Positions 1 to 10,156 of a stretch of DNA of 64,000 nt are shown here, one piece after another. The position numbers were made by a program, and so were the translations under genes. A model generated the notes under the pieces. That model had not been told where the DNA came from, did no database searches, and was given only the letters and a program-made list of their open reading frames with translations. Each line of letters opens with the position of its first letter. Position 1 is the stretch's first letter. Source of the stretch: Bradymonadia bacterium (GTDB taxonomy: Bacteria > Myxococcota_A > Bradymonadia > UBA7976 > UBA1532); NCBI GenBank assembly GCA_046290225.1, contig JBKAGE010000077.1:96001-160000 (forward strand). The letters run 5' to 3'.

Positions 1-1
1 T

Positions 2-79
2 CATCAAGATGATCGCAACCGGCCGGCGATCAGGGCTGTAGCCAACTGGATCATCGACACGCTCACCGAGGTGGGCTGA
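2..79 (+). CDS. 3' end of a gene entering the window, possibly a LysR-type regulator C-terminus
   Basis: Frame 2 reads HQDDRNRPAIRAVANWIIDTLTEVG*, resembling the LysR C-terminal helix; only 25 codons visible. Confidence 0.4.
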   Translation, partial: HQDDRNRPAIRAVANWIIDTLTEVG

Positions 80-212
80 CACAGCGCTCATGTCACCGCA
101 GAGAGATGACGATGATTCTGGTGAGGTGATGGATCTCTGACTGAGGAGGCAACCATGGCACCCGATCTTCGTATGCTCCGCGATTACACGCTCATGTTGA
201 CTGGTGTGCTGG

Positions 213-731
213 TCAGCCTGGTGATTTGATCACATACCCGGGATGCATCCGCCCCGTAGGGGGATAGAGCGCATGCTCGGTGTATCGAAAGCCCAGACCG
301 ACGAGCATCTTCTTCGAGCTCTGATTGTCTGGGTGATGCCCGGCGAACACCGCTGAGGCACCATAGACCTCGAAGGCATGTTCGAGCACGCTCTGCGCAG
401 CCTCTCGTGCAAAGCCGAGGCCCCAGTGTGCTGGCCTCAAGTGCACCCCGAACTCCACCACGTTCTTCTCAAGATCATGAGGCCGCAGCCCGGCACAGCC
501 GACGTGTGCCCCACTCTCCCGATGAAACATCGGCCAATACTGGATCCCGTGCTCGACCTGGCTCTCGATGTGCCCTTGAAGCATGGCGCTCACCTCGCCC
601 ACATCGAAGTGCCCTCGAGCGCTGATGAGCGCGGCCACACGCGGATCACCCCACAGCCCCTGGGCAAGGTCCAGATCATCTACACGCCAGAGCCGAAAGG
701 CCAGTCGAGGGGTCGGTGATGGATGCTTCAC
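213..731 (-). CDS. GNAT N-acetyltransferase, RimJ/RimL family
   Basis: TPRLAFR start, VGCAGL, EFGVHLRPAHWGLGFAREAA, HPDNQSSKKMLVGLGF; GTG start overlaps the upstream TGA (GTGA at 731-728). Confidence 0.85.
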   Translation of the reverse strand: MKHPSPTPRLAFRLWRVDDLDLAQGLWGDPRVAALISARGHFDVGEVSAMLQGHIESQVEHGIQYWPMFHRESGAHVGCAGLRPHDLEKNVVEFGVHLRPAHWGLGFAREAAQSVLEHAFEVYGASAVFAGHHPDNQSSKKMLVGLGFRYTEHALYPPTGRMHPGYVIKSPG

Positions 732-2341
732 TTGCTCCGCAACGGGCCGGCCTTTGCCTTCCAGCTGTAGATCTTTCGTTTGCGCTCGAAGATCGGCGCG
801 TCGCCTGTGCCCGGAGCCGGGCTGACGTCCGAGATCCACCAGGCGGTGAAGGCCACCACGTCTTTACCGGGCGGGATCAAACCACGCTGATGCTCGCCGT
901 TGGCGAACCACACAGCCCACTTGGCGAACAAGTGCTTCTGGAACTGCAGGCGGAACATCAGGTTCTCTTCGTAATGGGTCCAGTGCCGGAGCCGGGCATC
1001 GGCCATCTGGTCGAGGTTGGGCACCTCACCTGTTCGGGGGTCGATGTGGGTGCCGTCGTCGAGCTCGGCGTCGACGATCATCCACCCATCTTTCACCGGC
1101 GCGTCAGGGGCGAAGAGCTGCCAGCCCTGCTGGAAGTCACCGTAGTGAGAGAAGGTGTTCGCCCACGTGGGCATCTTGTGATCGGGGAACGTCTTCCTCA
1201 GCGCCCGGTTTTGGTCCATGGCCCGATGGAAGCACGACAAGAAGGCCACGACCACGAAGACCTGGGCCGCCCAGAACCGCACCGGATGGTGCTTGGGGCT
1301 GTCGGGTACCTCAATGTCGCGTACATGGGTGTGGGCCTCGAGCCAGAGCCCTACGGATCGCATGGCCCCTTCAATGGCCAGCCAGGCACCCCCGAGCTTG
1401 CCGGCGAGCCAGCGGCCGAAACGGCCGAGCAGATCGCAGTCCTGCGAGGTGAGCAGCAACATGTACGACACCGACATCATGTACGAGAACAGGCTCAGAT
1501 CGGTCACCGCGGCGATGCTCAGGTGCAGCCCGATGAGGCTCACCACAAGCACTCGACGACACCAGACCACGGCGAAGGGGGACCAGATCAGAATCGGCGC
1601 CAGGCCCTCGACGATGAGCGTGCCCCAGCTCATGGCCCACAGCACGCTCATGGGGGCCCAGCCCCGGAACCAGAAGCCGAAGTCGGTGAGGATTCGATCC
1701 TGGTGCAGCAGCCAGTAGACCGCTTCGCCCTTCATCCAGGTGTCGCCGGTCTTGTGGATGGTGTTGAAGAAGTAGATGACCGCCAACTGCATCATGAAGC
1801 CGGTGATGGCGAGGCTGCGGATGGGGGCCCGCAGCGTCTCAAGGGGCACGCCCTTTCGGGCAGCGAGCCACGCATCGACTGACCAGCTGCGCCCCAGGGG
1901 CAGGGCGATCGTCCACAGCCACCAGAGGTTGTGCACGATGTCGGCGCCGATGTGCACCACCCAGTTCCGGTTGTGGATGCTGATCATGCAGATCATGCCC
2001 AGCACCTGAAACAGGCGGGTGCGCCAGCCGGCGACAAAGGCCATCAAGATGCCCGCGGTGGCGAGGAAGAAGACCTTCACCTCCCAGACCTCGTCGAGCA
2101 TGTAGAGCAGGCTCAGGCGCTGGGGGCCCTCCCCGGTCATGTAGAGGGCGTAGTGGTTCGGCAGCACACCTTCGTTGGTGTAGAGCATGGCGATATGGGG
2201 CCATCGCTGCCAGAGGTCGATGAGACACAGCAGCCCGAAGGCCACCCGGAACACCGCCAGAGATCGCGGATCCACCGTGATCCAGGCCCGCCAGTTGAAG
2301 ATGCTCTTCTTCACCACCCCGTTCTCCACGCTCGCGTTCAT
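728..2341 (-). CDS. HTTM-domain membrane protein
   Basis: DPRSLAVFRV, GWRTR, SIHNRN, LPLGRSWSVDA, YFFNTIHKTG, QGWQLFAP motifs; multiple TM segments. Confidence 0.8.
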   Translation of the reverse strand: MNASVENGVVKKSIFNWRAWITVDPRSLAVFRVAFGLLCLIDLWQRWPHIAMLYTNEGVLPNHYALYMTGEGPQRLSLLYMLDEVWEVKVFFLATAGILMAFVAGWRTRLFQVLGMICMISIHNRNWVVHIGADIVHNLWWLWTIALPLGRSWSVDAWLAARKGVPLETLRAPIRSLAITGFMMQLAVIYFFNTIHKTGDTWMKGEAVYWLLHQDRILTDFGFWFRGWAPMSVLWAMSWGTLIVEGLAPILIWSPFAVVWCRRVLVVSLIGLHLSIAAVTDLSLFSYMMSVSYMLLLTSQDCDLLGRFGRWLAGKLGGAWLAIEGAMRSVGLWLEAHTHVRDIEVPDSPKHHPVRFWAAQVFVVVAFLSCFHRAMDQNRALRKTFPDHKMPTWANTFSHYGDFQQGWQLFAPDAPVKDGWMIVDAELDDGTHIDPRTGEVPNLDQMADARLRHWTHYEENLMFRLQFQKHLFAKWAVWFANGEHQRGLIPPGKDVVAFTAWWISDVSPAPGTGDAPIFERKRKIYSWKAKAGPLRSK

Positions 2342-5001
2342 TCCGTCTTCCGCCAGGGGTCCAGCAGGGCCTCAATGCCCGGGATGTCCTGTGGGGGCGC
2401 GAAGTGCACCCCCTGTCCGTGATCACACCCGATGTGTCGCGCGGTCTCGGCCTGATCTCGGGTCTCGATGCGCTCGGCGATCACCCGCCTGCCCAGCCGC
2501 CGGGCCGAGGCCATCAGGGCGGCGATGGCCTCTCGACCTTCTGTCTCGCGGCCCATGCTCATCAAGCGGCCTCCATCAACCTTGATCGACTCGATGGGCA
2601 GCTCGTCGAGGGCCTTCGAACTCAAGGCGCCGAGATCGTAGTCGTCGACGTTGAGCTGCACCCCGAGGCTCGACAACGGCAACAACGCCTCGGCGATGGC
2701 CTCGGCCTCTGGAGTGAGGGCCTGCTCACAGATCTCCAGACGCAGGAGCGAAGGTTTCATACGAGCGTCGGTCAAAATCGTGATGACGCGGTTGGGGAAC
2801 CGTGGATCGAGCACGCTCCGCGTGGACACGTTCACCAGCAGCTTGGGTGGGGTCATGGAATTGTTGGCCCACCGGGCGAAGGTGCGGCACGCCCGACGCA
2901 GGATCAGCTGGTCGATCTCCACGATGAGACCGGTCTCTTCTGCGGCGTCGAGGAAAGACTCGGGCTCGAGCAGACCCTGATGAGGCGAGGCCCACCGCAT
3001 GAGGGCTTCGACGGCGACGATGCGCCGGGAGTGCAGCGAGAGCACCGGCTGATACATGACCTCGAAGGCGTCAACCCGCACCGCGCGGTTCAACTCGGCC
3101 TCGAGCTGCATCAGCGCGTGGGCCTCTGCCCCGAGGGCCATACCCGCGAAGGCGTAGGTCGGATCGGTGACCTCCATGGCTCGATCCATCGCTCGGCCCG
3201 CCTCTTCGAGGTAATCTTCCGGGCGCTGGTAGCCGCTGGTGCTCAACGACACCCCGATGACCGGATGCAGCATGTAGCTGCGGCCTCCGAACTCGAAGGC
3301 ATCGGCGAAGGCCTCCCTGATCTGGGCCCCGATGCGGGCGGCGTCGGCCATGCTCTGCATCTTGGCGATGAGCAGGCCGAACTGGTGGTCGCCGATGCGG
3401 GCCACCTGGTCGTCCGGCTTGAGCAGCCCCTCGATGCGCTGAGCGATGGCGAAGGCCAGCCGCCCCTGCAGGCCCCCGGCGGGATCCCCGTCGATCTCGA
3501 AGCCCACCACGATGAGGCCGAAGATGCTGCGGATCTCGTGGGCGTCGGCCTGGCCCCTCTGGTTGCCCTTTTGCGCCGCCTGCCTCTTCTGGGCGATGGC
3601 TTGGGCCAGGGCCTTGATGAGGGCGGTGCGGTTGAGCATGCCTGTGGTGCGATCTTCGAAGATCTCGTGCACGAGCTCGTCGCGCACGGTGCGCATCTCG
3701 GTGACGTCGGTGAGCGATCCTGCGAGGCGGGTGGCTTTGCCGTCGGGGCCTCGGGTGGCCTGACCTCGGCACAGATACCACCGATAACCACCACCCTTCT
3801 GGGCGAGGCGGTGCTCGGTCTCGAACTGCGGGGTGCGGTTGTTGACGTAGGCTCTCAGAGCGCTGTGGAACGGCTTGCGATCGTCGGGGTGAATGCGCTG
3901 GAACCACGCATCGACGAGATCGGGCACCTCGTCGGACCGATGACCCAACAAGCTCTTCCACCGCGCCGAGAAGAACGCGGACTCGCTGTCCACCACCCAG
4001 TCCCACAGGCCGTCGTTCGCCCCCACGGCAGCGAGGGCGAAGCGCTCCTGGCTCTCCTGAAGCGCCGCCTCGACCTGCTGCTGCTTGTGGCTCTGAATGA
4101 TCAGCGACATGAGATCGGTGATCGAGCTGAGGAAGCTCTGCTCGTCGAGGGTCCAGCGCCGCTGCCCCTTCGTGTGCTCGCAGGCGAGCATGCCCAGCAG
4201 CTGATCACCGAGGCGCAGCGGGGCGAAGAGGGCCGACTTCACCCCTCGGGGCTTGAGGTAGCGAATGTAGAAGCGGTGGGTGTCGGCCCGGGCGGCGGGC
4301 TCATCAGCGACGATGATGCGCGCGGCGCCGAGGGTCTTGAACAGCGCCGGGAAGCCATCAGCCCGCAGGACCGGGAGCTCCTGAGTGGGCCCCTGCACCT
4401 CGGCATAAGCCTGCACTCGAGTGAGCACCTCGCCCTCGTCGTCGAAGAGCCACACCTCGCACCGGGTGGCGCTGAGGGTCTGAGCCGCCACCTGGGTGGC
4501 CTCGGCGAGGGCCACCTGCAGGTCTCCGGTGCCCGGCAACGTCGCCAAAGCCAGCAGGGCTTTCTGCTGGACCTTGAGGCGCGCCTCGCGATCGAGCAAC
4601 AACGCCATCATCCGGGCCCGCTCGATGGCGTAGCGCACCGTCTGGGCGAGGTGGGCGGGGGTGATCTCTTCTTTGTTGAGGAACTCCACGGCGGCCCCAG
4701 AGGGCAGCGCCAGATCTGCCGGAGGCCCGGGGGCGAGATCCATCAAGACGATGAAGGGCACCCGACAGCCCCGAGATACAGCCCGTTGCACCAGCTCGAG
4801 GCCATCGATCTCGCCGAGGGTGCCTTCCACGAGGCAGACGTCGACCTGCGCGCCGAGGAGCACAGGCAGCGCCTCACCGGGCGTGCAGGCGCGCTCGAGG
4901 GTGTAGTGCACACCAGGGACGTCCCGGAGGCGGGCGCGGGTGATGACGAAGTCGTCTTCATCTTCACCGACGAAGAGCAGCCGAACGTCAGGGGCACTCA
5001 C
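2338..5001 (-). CDS. REC-GAF-PAS-degenerate GGDEF-EAL c-di-GMP signalling protein
   Basis: N-terminal receiver, GAF (RRWTLDEQSF), PAS (GANDGLWDW...IHPDD), GDHQF in place of GGDEF, EAL domain (YQP...VEALMRW). Confidence 0.85.
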   Translation of the reverse strand: MSAPDVRLLFVGEDEDDFVITRARLRDVPGVHYTLERACTPGEALPVLLGAQVDVCLVEGTLGEIDGLELVQRAVSRGCRVPFIVLMDLAPGPPADLALPSGAAVEFLNKEEITPAHLAQTVRYAIERARMMALLLDREARLKVQQKALLALATLPGTGDLQVALAEATQVAAQTLSATRCEVWLFDDEGEVLTRVQAYAEVQGPTQELPVLRADGFPALFKTLGAARIIVADEPAARADTHRFYIRYLKPRGVKSALFAPLRLGDQLLGMLACEHTKGQRRWTLDEQSFLSSITDLMSLIIQSHKQQQVEAALQESQERFALAAVGANDGLWDWVVDSESAFFSARWKSLLGHRSDEVPDLVDAWFQRIHPDDRKPFHSALRAYVNNRTPQFETEHRLAQKGGGYRWYLCRGQATRGPDGKATRLAGSLTDVTEMRTVRDELVHEIFEDRTTGMLNRTALIKALAQAIAQKRQAAQKGNQRGQADAHEIRSIFGLIVVGFEIDGDPAGGLQGRLAFAIAQRIEGLLKPDDQVARIGDHQFGLLIAKMQSMADAARIGAQIREAFADAFEFGGRSYMLHPVIGVSLSTSGYQRPEDYLEEAGRAMDRAMEVTDPTYAFAGMALGAEAHALMQLEAELNRAVRVDAFEVMYQPVLSLHSRRIVAVEALMRWASPHQGLLEPESFLDAAEETGLIVEIDQLILRRACRTFARWANNSMTPPKLLVNVSTRSVLDPRFPNRVITILTDARMKPSLLRLEICEQALTPEAEAIAEALLPLSSLGVQLNVDDYDLGALSSKALDELPIESIKVDGGRLMSMGRETEGREAIAALMASARRLGRRVIAERIETRDQAETARHIGCDHGQGVHFAPPQDIPGIEALLDPWRKTE

Positions 5002-5909
5002 GGGTTCTCGGCGGTGTCAGCCTCTGGCGGGGTGTCTTCGCGCTCGGGTCGGCTGAGATCGAGGGGCGGGTGATCAGGGGCGTACTCTGCCCGATCGGCC
5101 TCGGCGAGGGTGCGGATGCCCAACATCATCTCATCGAGGATCGCGTCGAAGACCGGGCTCTTGGTGAGGTGATCGTCGACGTGCTGATCGTAGAGATCAT
5201 CGAGGTCGAGGGGCTCGCCGAAGCGGATCCGCACCGGGCCCGCGTTGGGCTTGAAGCGCTTCTTCACCTGCTCGGTGAAGCTGGAGTCGACGTTGGCGAT
5301 GAAGACCGGCACCACCGCTGCTCGGGCGCGGTGAGCGATCTCGCCGGCGCCGGGCTTCGGGGGCAGCAGGTCGTAGGGATCTTCGCTCTCGTTGCGGCGG
5401 CCCTCGGGGTGGAACCCGATGATCGCCGGCTGATCACCGTTCAGGATCTCCACACAGCGACCCACGGCATAGCGGTTGAGCGCCTTGCGGCTCTCCGCGT
5501 CCAGGCCCTTGGAGTCTTTACGGTAGATGGGCGGGTACATCGAGTACCCCGACATGGTGGCGTTGACGACGCCGCCAAGGGGCTTCTCGTAAAAGAACTT
5601 CGACCGCACCGGGAAGTAGATCTTCGGTGCCGGACTCCAGGTCTTCATCATCCGCGAGGCGACGAGATAGTAATCGAAGAAAGTTCGGTGGTTGCACACC
5701 ATGAGCACCGCACGATCCCGAGGGAGGTTGTGCTCTCCGATGAACTCTCGCTCGGCAGCGGCGGTGATCCAATAGTCGGTGAAGAACCGATGGAAGTAGC
5801 CGTTCAGGCGCTTGGAGATCGGGTACTCGTTCGCCAACGCCCCGAGCACATAGAGCGCCCGAGCTTGGGGATCGAGGGACTTCAGGAGCGTCTTGGAAGG
5901 TAGCTGCAT
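4998..5909 (-). CDS. Lysophospholipid acyltransferase (PlsC family)
   Basis: NHRTFFD (HxxxxD), FHPEGRR, VVPVFI, VRIRFGEP; start taken at MQLPSK. Confidence 0.85.
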   Translation of the reverse strand: MQLPSKTLLKSLDPQARALYVLGALANEYPISKRLNGYFHRFFTDYWITAAAEREFIGEHNLPRDRAVLMVCNHRTFFDYYLVASRMMKTWSPAPKIYFPVRSKFFYEKPLGGVVNATMSGYSMYPPIYRKDSKGLDAESRKALNRYAVGRCVEILNGDQPAIIGFHPEGRRNESEDPYDLLPPKPGAGEIAHRARAAVVPVFIANVDSSFTEQVKKRFKPNAGPVRIRFGEPLDLDDLYDQHVDDHLTKSPVFDAILDEMMLGIRTLAEADRAEYAPDHPPLDLSRPEREDTPPEADTAENP

Positions 5910-5928
5910 GGCTGGCTGATTATCCGAA

Positions 5929-6546
5929 TCACACGCGCTGGGCAAGGCCCTGTAAGGCCTGCATCAGCTGTGGATCACACGCACCATCATCTTCAAATGC
6001 TGTGAATTCAATGCCCTGGCCGATCATGGCGGCGTCGAGCAGATTGGCGAGACCCACGAGCCGCCCAGGCAACGGGATGTCGTCGCCCGAGAGCCCATAG
6101 GGCTGCCCCAGGCCGTCGAATCGCTCCCGATGATGCAAGATGGCCTCGTGGGCCAGCGCGGGCAGCGGATCGTGAGTGGTGGCCAAATCGGCGGAGACTC
6201 TCGGTGTGGGCGTGTGATCGGGCATCAGGCTCAACCCGAAGTCGTGTAACAAGCCCCCGAGGGCCACCGCCTGCAGGTACCCCTCGGAGAGCCCGAGGGT
6301 GCGCCCGAGGGAGACGGCGATGACGGCCACTCTCAGGCTGTGATGTGTCGCTCCGTCATTGCTGTGACGGGTGAGCCAGGGGCCCAAGGCGCTCGGCGTC
6401 TGATCGACGATTTCACCGGCGAGGGCCCGCAACGCCATCAAGGCGCTGGCATCTGTCGGGTGGTCGAATGCAGTCTGGAGCCGCTGGAGCGCGCTCCGGA
6501 CATCGAATGACACTGTGGGGGGTGTGCTCAAGGGGCCTCTCACCAT
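5929..6546 (-). CDS. HD-GYP-like domain protein (short, probably degenerate)
   Basis: HSLRVA, LLHDFG, HHRERFDGLGQPYGLSGDDIPLPGR; start uncertain. Confidence 0.7.
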   Translation of the reverse strand: MVRGPLSTPPTVSFDVRSALQRLQTAFDHPTDASALMALRALAGEIVDQTPSALGPWLTRHSNDGATHHSLRVAVIAVSLGRTLGLSEGYLQAVALGGLLHDFGLSLMPDHTPTPRVSADLATTHDPLPALAHEAILHHRERFDGLGQPYGLSGDDIPLPGRLVGLANLLDAAMIGQGIEFTAFEDDGACDPQLMQALQGLAQRV

Positions 6547-6598
6547 CGTCGAAGAGCAAATGTAGCATGGGCCACGACAGGCAAACACGAGGGCATCG

Positions 6599-7777
6599 AT
6601 GACCACGTCGGCATCCAACGAGGGGCCAGTGAGTCGCTGGGCGATCCCTACGCTCCTCTGCGCCAGCAGCCTGCCGATCCTCGCCGGGGCGCTGGTGGCC
6701 CCTGCCCTGCCGGGCATTCAGTCGGCCTTTGCCGATGTCGAGGGTGTGGGGCTCTGGTCCCGACTGATGCTCACCGTGCCCGCCCTCGCCGTGGCCCTCA
6801 TCGCCCTGAGCGCCGGCTGGCTCGTCGACGCCATCGGTCGCCGTCGCACGCTGGTCTACGGCCTAGTCATCTACGGCGTCGCCGGCACCAGCGGCCTGTG
6901 GCTGGGCAGCCTGCACGCTCTGCTCGTGGGGCGCCTCGCCCTGGGCATCGGGGTGGCCTTCATTATGACCTCGGCCACCACCTTGCTCGCCGATCTGGTG
7001 CCCGGCGCCGCTCGACAACGCATCATGGGCATCCAGGCGGCCTTCATCGGCATGGGTGGGCTGGTGTTCCTGCTCATCGGCGGCGCCCTGGCCGAGATCA
7101 GCTGGCGATGGCCCTTCGCGGTCTATGGCGCCTCGTGGCTGGTGGTGCTCCCAGCGCTCAAATCGCTGCCCACTGGGGCGAAGAGCGGCGGGCAAGGGCG
7201 TACGCCATGGGGCATCACCCCAGCGCTGCTGGCCCGCTGCGCTGCGGCGACGCTGTCGATGGTGCTTTTCTACACAGTGCCCGTGCAGTTGCCCTTCTTG
7301 CTCCTTGATCGCTTCGACACCGGCGGCTTCGCCTCTGGCGCAGCCATCGGCGTGATCACCCTGACGAGTTCTTCTGCCTCACTGCTCTACCCGAAGGTGC
7401 GGGCGAAGATGGATCCGGCGCCGATGCTGGCTCTGACGTTTCTGCTCATGGGCCCGGGCTTGATGCTCATCGGGGCCGACCTGGGCTGGACGGGGGTCAT
7501 CGTGGGCCTGTTGGTCATGGGGGCGGGCATGGGCCTCTTGATGCCCAACCTCACCACCTGGACGGCGGAGCAGGCGAGCCTGGCCCAGCGAGGCCGCCAC
7601 ATGGGGGCTCTCACCATGGCCTTGTTCACGGGTCAGTTCACGAGCCCGCTGGTGACGCGGCCACTGCAAGACTCTGGGGCGGGGACGATCTTCGTGGTGG
7701 GGGGCGCCACAGCGTTGGTGGCGTCTCTGGTGATCGCGTTGGTGGGCAAGCGCGCGGGCAGAGCAGCCCTTACTTGA
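6599..7777 (+). CDS. MFS transporter
   Basis: About 12 hydrophobic segments, motif A GWLVDAIGRRRTL. Confidence 0.9.
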   Translation: MTTSASNEGPVSRWAIPTLLCASSLPILAGALVAPALPGIQSAFADVEGVGLWSRLMLTVPALAVALIALSAGWLVDAIGRRRTLVYGLVIYGVAGTSGLWLGSLHALLVGRLALGIGVAFIMTSATTLLADLVPGAARQRIMGIQAAFIGMGGLVFLLIGGALAEISWRWPFAVYGASWLVVLPALKSLPTGAKSGGQGRTPWGITPALLARCAAATLSMVLFYTVPVQLPFLLLDRFDTGGFASGAAIGVITLTSSSASLLYPKVRAKMDPAPMLALTFLLMGPGLMLIGADLGWTGVIVGLLVMGAGMGLLMPNLTTWTAEQASLAQRGRHMGALTMALFTGQFTSPLVTRPLQDSGAGTIFVVGGATALVASLVIALVGKRAGRAALT

Positions 7778-8309
7778 TGCCGGGGGCCTTCATGGGGGCC
7801 TTCTTCGGCGCCATGGGCTTCTTGCCCGGGGCCTTGCTGGGGGTGGCGGGCTTCTTGGTGGCGGGCGTGACACCAGACTTGCCCATGGGGGCCTTCAACC
7901 CGCCCATGGGGGCCTTGCCGGGGCCTGCCGTCCTGCCGGCCACCTTGTGCAGCTTCACGCCACCATCCTTGAGGGCCTGCACAGTGGCGGGGCCGATGCC
8001 CTTGACCTTGGCGACGTCCTCCCAGGTCTTGAAGGGACCCTTGGCCTTCATGTGGCTCACGAGGGCCTTGGCCTTGGCGGGGCCAATGCCCTTGATGGTA
8101 ACCAGCTGAGCCTCAGTGGCGCCGTTCAGGATGATGGGGGCGCCGGTGACCTTCTCGCCGGCGGGGGTTTTCTTGGCGCCGGGCTTCTTGGTCACCTTCT
8201 GGGGGGCCATGGGCTTGCCGGCGTTCTGACCAAGGACCTTCTTCTGGGCCAGTGCGGGGCTGGCGGCGAGGGCCAGCAAAGCGACGAGGGTCAACAGACG
8301 GGCGAACAT
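7770..8309 (-). CDS. Secreted helix-hairpin-helix DNA-binding protein, ComEA-like
   Basis: Signal peptide MFARLL...ALA; LNGATEAQLVTIKGIGPAKA...VKGIGPAT tandem HhH; Lys/Pro/Ala-rich tails. Confidence 0.85.
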   Translation of the reverse strand: MFARLLTLVALLALAASPALAQKKVLGQNAGKPMAPQKVTKKPGAKKTPAGEKVTGAPIILNGATEAQLVTIKGIGPAKAKALVSHMKAKGPFKTWEDVAKVKGIGPATVQALKDGGVKLHKVAGRTAGPGKAPMGGLKAPMGKSGVTPATKKPATPSKAPGKKPMAPKKAPMKAPGIK

Positions 8310-8520
8310 ACGCTCCTCCTCATGATGTTCGTTCGATGCTCCGCCCCTCATACGCCGATCGTGACGCGCTGGAAAGCTCTCTGAAGGGGGCACCGAGGCC
8401 CTCGACGTATCTCTGGGCCATTCATGCACATACGTGTGCACAAACTGCCCATGCTCGTCGACAGCTCTACGTAAACGCGGGCCCTCGCCACCTGGCACAC
8501 ATGCTGCTCAACCCGAGGGC

Positions 8521-9462
8521 ATGAAGAACAACCCCATCCAGTTTGCCATCGTCCGCGAAGATCCTCAGGTGGAGCTGCGGGCCCTCGATCACGTCGAAGG
8601 CCCCGCCCACAGGGCTCTGATCATCGCCTCAGGGGGCTGCACCGCCCTCACCCTCGCCGGGGCCCGGCCCGAGGTGCACGTCACCGCCCTCGATCCGAAC
8701 CCCACCCAGCTCGACCTCGTACGGCGGAAGATCGAAGCCGTGCGCCGAGGGGATCTCGACGCCCTGGGGCTTTGGGCCGATCAACCCGAGCGCTTGAGCC
8801 ACTGCGGCAACTTCGAGTCGCTGTTTCGCAGCCTGCGACGCTTCGTCTTCGATCTCGTCTGCCCGGAAGCCGATATCCGGGCAGCCCTCGAAGCTGGGGA
8901 GGGCCAGGTGCTGCTCACGCAGATGCAGCAAAGCGCGTACTGGCCTGTGGCATTCCAGATGCATTTCCACGACGCCCTGCTTAAGGCCATGTTCGGCCCC
9001 GCGGCCATCCAATACGCCCCACGGGGGAGCTACCCCACGTACTTCCAGCAGGTCGTGGAGGCAGGGCTCCAGCGCGAGGACGCACGCATCAACCCGTGGC
9101 TTCATCACGTGTTGCTCGGTCATTACCTGCCCGACTGCGCGCCGGCGTGGACGCAGATGATCCCTGCGGGCGAAATCGACCTGCATCAGGGTGATCTCAC
9201 CCAGGTGGACTTCACCCCCTTCGATCTCGTGCACCTCTCCAACGTCTTCGACTGGATGGCCCCCGAGCAGGTGCGCGCCACGACGGAGCGCCTGCACACG
9301 CTGCGCCCTGGCGCGGTCGTCACCCTCAGGCAGCTCAACAACGATCGCGATCTTGCGCAGATGCTGCCGGGCTTCGACTTCGACCCTCAGCTCGACGACG
9401 CGCTGCGCGCCGCAGATCGCAGCCTCTTCTACACCCACATTCGCATTGGCCGGAGGCGCTGA
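8521..9462 (+). CDS. DUF3419 / BtaA-like SAM-dependent transferase
   Basis: FAIVREDPQVE, IASGGCTAL, ALDPNPTQL, HLSNVFDWM, DRSLFY. Confidence 0.75.
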   Translation: MKNNPIQFAIVREDPQVELRALDHVEGPAHRALIIASGGCTALTLAGARPEVHVTALDPNPTQLDLVRRKIEAVRRGDLDALGLWADQPERLSHCGNFESLFRSLRRFVFDLVCPEADIRAALEAGEGQVLLTQMQQSAYWPVAFQMHFHDALLKAMFGPAAIQYAPRGSYPTYFQQVVEAGLQREDARINPWLHHVLLGHYLPDCAPAWTQMIPAGEIDLHQGDLTQVDFTPFDLVHLSNVFDWMAPEQVRATTERLHTLRPGAVVTLRQLNNDRDLAQMLPGFDFDPQLDDALRAADRSLFYTHIRIGRRR

Positions 9463-9463
9463 C

Positions 9464-10156
9464 ATGACCCTCGAACAACACCTCGCCCTCACCGCTGAAG
9501 CCTTCGACTTGCTGGGCAACCCCTACTTCGAGGCCCTCGACGACGGCTCGATGACCCATGAGGCGTTCCTGCGCTCTCAGCGGCAGTTCTTCCACGCCGT
9601 GGACTTCTTCAACCGCCCACTGGCGGCCCTCGCGGCGCGGATCCCCCACACGGCCACCCGCATGGCGGTGGTGGCCAACGTCTGGGAAGAGCACGGCGAG
9701 GGTGATCCGAGCCGTTGGCATCGCAACACCTTCATCGAGTTACTCCGCCGACTCGGTGACGACTCTGGCGAGCCCCCGCTGATCGGCCCGGAGGTTCAGG
9801 CCTTCAACACGTTGATCATGGGGGCGAGCGACGACTACGTCCGCGGCGCGGCGTGCCTGGGGGCCATCGAGACGCTGTTCTCGGCCATCTCGGCCCGCAT
9901 CGGCGCTGGCATCGTGGGCCGCCGCTGGCTCTCGGAAGACCGCATGGTGCACTACGACGTGCATGTGGATCTCGACGTTGATCACGGCCGGGAGCTCTTC
10001 GACGTCGTACGGACAGGCTGGGATGGCCCGGAGCGTCAACGCATCATCGAAGGCATGCGCCTCGGGGTGTACGCCTTCGACGCGCTGTACCGGGGGCTCT
10101 ATATGGGCACGCTCCGCTCGGCCCCCGAAGGGCACGACGGCTGGGGGCTCCCATGA
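9464..10156 (+). CDS. Heme-oxygenase-like diiron enzyme (PqqC/CADD/TenA superfamily)
   Basis: NPYF, NVWEEHG...H, GAIE, HYDVHVDLDVDH metal-ligand pattern. Confidence 0.75.
   Translation: MTLEQHLALTAEAFDLLGNPYFEALDDGSMTHEAFLRSQRQFFHAVDFFNRPLAALAARIPHTATRMAVVANVWEEHGEGDPSRWHRNTFIELLRRLGDDSGEPPLIGPEVQAFNTLIMGASDDYVRGAACLGAIETLFSAISARIGAGIVGRRWLSEDRMVHYDVHVDLDVDHGRELFDVVRTGWDGPERQRIIEGMRLGVYAFDALYRGLYMGTLRSAPEGHDGWGLP

Noticed and set aside
2404..5073. Long antisense ORFs (also 37852-39882, 42112-44877, 49309-52413, 19441-21033)
   Set aside because: Shadow frames opposite well-supported genes, expected in high-GC DNA.
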